A stretch of DNA of 62,738 bases, counting the filler, from Asterionella formosa (lineage: Eukaryota), in the NCBI GenBank assembly GCA_002256025.1. It is 8 parts of 8 records of this genome, joined end to end, with 100 filler letters (N's around TTAATTAATTAA, not from the genome) between each part and the next. Parts side by side here need not be neighbours in the genome. Positions count along the whole stretch, not along the records: positions 59,438 to 61,038 come from NKIB01001795.1; positions 61,139 to 62,738 come from NKIB01001796.1; 6 more parts are not named here. The stretch is one strand, 5' to 3'. Shown one piece after another: positions 60,701 through 62,738 of this stretch. The notes beneath the pieces were generated by a model that was not told where the DNA came from, ran no database searches, and was given only the letters and a program-made list of their open reading frames with translations. The stretch's first letter is position 1. Each line of letters opens with the position of its first letter. A program made the position numbers and the translations under genes.

Positions 60701-61038
60701 GAGTTACTACCGGTACCTGGTACCAGGTAGTACGTCTACATCTTTTATCAGCACCTTTAAGTAGCACCTACGGTTATGGTGGTACTATGTTTTTCCCTAT
60801 TATTTTCTGTCGCAGCTCTGTAGAGAGGCTGTGAAAGTCAAAGCGCTGCCCCCCCCCCTCTATTATACCGGAAAAATTTGGTACATAACCCATTATCGTG
60901 ACTTGCAACGACCCGCGACAGGGTGGCTGTGGTTATGGAGCAGGGGGTAGAACGCCACAACATGACGAAGTCCCAAGGATCATGAATGGGAAGAAAACTT
61001 TGCTGCATTCTGGTGGTACCATTGGACTTGGGAAACAG
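57737..61038. repeat. Two near-identical 1601-nt contigs (57737-59337 and 59438-61038)
   Basis: Same ends and length; roughly ten substitutions. Confidence 0.95.
58547..58814. repeat. 92-nt tandem repeat x3 (second contig copy at 60248-60515)
   Basis: Units start at 58547, 58639 and 58731; the third is slightly truncated. Confidence 0.93.
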
Positions 61039-62738
61039 NNNNNNNNNNNNNNNNNNNNNNNNNNNNNNNNNNNNNNNNNNNNTTAATTAATTAANNNNNN
61101 NNNNNNNNNNNNNNNNNNNNNNNNNNNNNNNNNNNNNNAGATTCAATGTGATCAAATTAATGGCTGATAAGAAATATCTTGTGGTTGAGCTTTTGCCGCC
61201 ACCATTGTCGTCCTTTGCTCTGCTTTCTGTGTCGTCCACTGGTACCGGTAGTTAGTTACCTGGTAACAGGTAGCCTCGTAGCTTGTATGTTGCTCACAGC
61301 CACTGCACTGACAAGACCAAGCAACCATCATGATGCGACCTTGTTTTTATTTCTTTTCTACATATAATCAGTCGTACGTACAATATGTTGACGGTACCGG
61401 TGGGAAGGTCCGGTAAAACACGGTTTTTACTTAAGAAAAGATTCAGCGAAACATCTCGATTATTGGATCTTCCAGGAACGCACATTTTATGCACACCTTT
61501 TCAGTTTCGACTCTCTCCCAATGATTTGTCCCATGCCTGCCAGACGAATTAGGCCAGCTTTCGATGAAAATTATATTCCTTAAAAAATAATTTAGGAAAA
61601 GGTTACTCTTATTGACCAATGACGATTTGCAGAATGAACCTCTCAACACGACTTGGATTTGCTGACTGATGAACCAGTTCAGCAAACCATCTTCTACCTT
61701 CTCTGTTTGGATTTGATTTGGATGCGATGACATCGTCAACACCTTAATCAATTTAATAATGATGCAGTCGGCTGGATTTTGGTCAATTTTGTCAATCTCC
61801 ATAGGTTTCTTGTCAATTCTTGTAGTCCTTTCATCTGCTTGTAGTTTGTATACTGTGTAGCTCTACTAGTGACGCTGAAACGGAGTCATTTGATGGTCTA
61901 TCTGTAAATATACATCGCCTTACATGGTGAGAGAGGGTGCTTAATCAGTGATAGTAGGATTGCTGTGATAGTACTAGCTTGGTTTTTTCTGTTTACATTT
62001 GGGTGGTTTGACAAAATTGTGTCTCTTTCTACGTTTGGAACCTGCTGACAATGACTAAAATTTGCTGACTGGCAGTACGACTAGATGTTGCAAATAAAAA
62101 TAGATTTTCTGATTGACCCTTAGGCCTAGTATGAAGTATACACATGAACAGACACAACCATTACCCCCTGATAGCCTTGCCAACACTATGAACATACTAT
62201 GTAACGTTATATCTATATAGAGATGGTAACAGTAATGATGCAACAGCCTACCGGGGTACCGCTATATTTGCTATATCAGCCGCACATATCACACATCACT
62301 TATAACTTAGTATGGCTGGGATATATGATATACTCGCTCAGTGTACCCGAAGTAGCCCTTGTAAACGCTATTTGTATGTAATTATTTAGCCTAGATGTTG
62401 CGATTTGTTTCTTTATATAATACACTACAGTGTATCAGTCGTTGTGAGCGGATGGCGAATCCTGCATCATGCCATCTCCTCTGCCTTGACCACGACGAAA
62501 AAAATAAATATCGCCATGAAAAATGAGAACGACACTTTGCTATTTGGTCCATATATTAAGCACAGCATAAACAATACAGTCGTGAAAAAATAATTTTGAC
62601 AACATTAATGTTACCAAAGAAATGGGAAGTCGCCGATGGCGCTTTTTTCGTGTAACTATTACATGAGCAACTCAGAACAATGGTGATAAGAACAGATTTG
62701 ACACTTTCACAGTATGCAACACTCTACACTACAATAAT

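Noticed and set aside
61443..61802. 119-aa ORF in the last contig
   Set aside because: No recognisable domain; possibly decayed sequence, and I cannot support a call.

Overview
Eukaryotic nuclear DNA, very likely from a diatom: GT-AG introns of about 75-260 nt, ASAFAP-type bipartite plastid presequences, and diatom-type LRR and Copia gag sequences. The window is not one locus. It is 8 size-sorted scaffolds/contigs (1-26220, 26321-52531, then six of about 1.6 kb) joined by artificial 100-nt N/TTAATTAATTAA linkers. Scaffold 1 carries SCS-alpha, a plastid RlmI/K-type methyltransferase with a degenerate RluA-like N-terminal half, DPH4, PHB2, PRP18, a mitotic cyclin convergent with RBR, an MnSOD and a Copia gag fragment. 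Scaffold 2 carries plastid and secreted proteins, CHI-like, fasciclin, LRR, HINT, two BTB/KCTD genes and TMEM184. The small contigs hold a Pro-rich secreted protein, a class-V PLP enzyme, a PIF/Harbinger relic and two near-identical contigs. Most notable: (i) a palindromic TACCWGG/TACCGG repeat concentrated in gene 5' regions, (ii) an MnSOD with a signal peptide plus twin-arginine presequence suggesting the thylakoid lumen, (iii) a probably inactive pseudouridine synthase fused to a methyltransferase, (iv) a cyclin-RBR pair with E2F sites, (v) a 92-nt multi-hairpin tandem repeat. All calls come from reading motifs by eye; no database searches were run.
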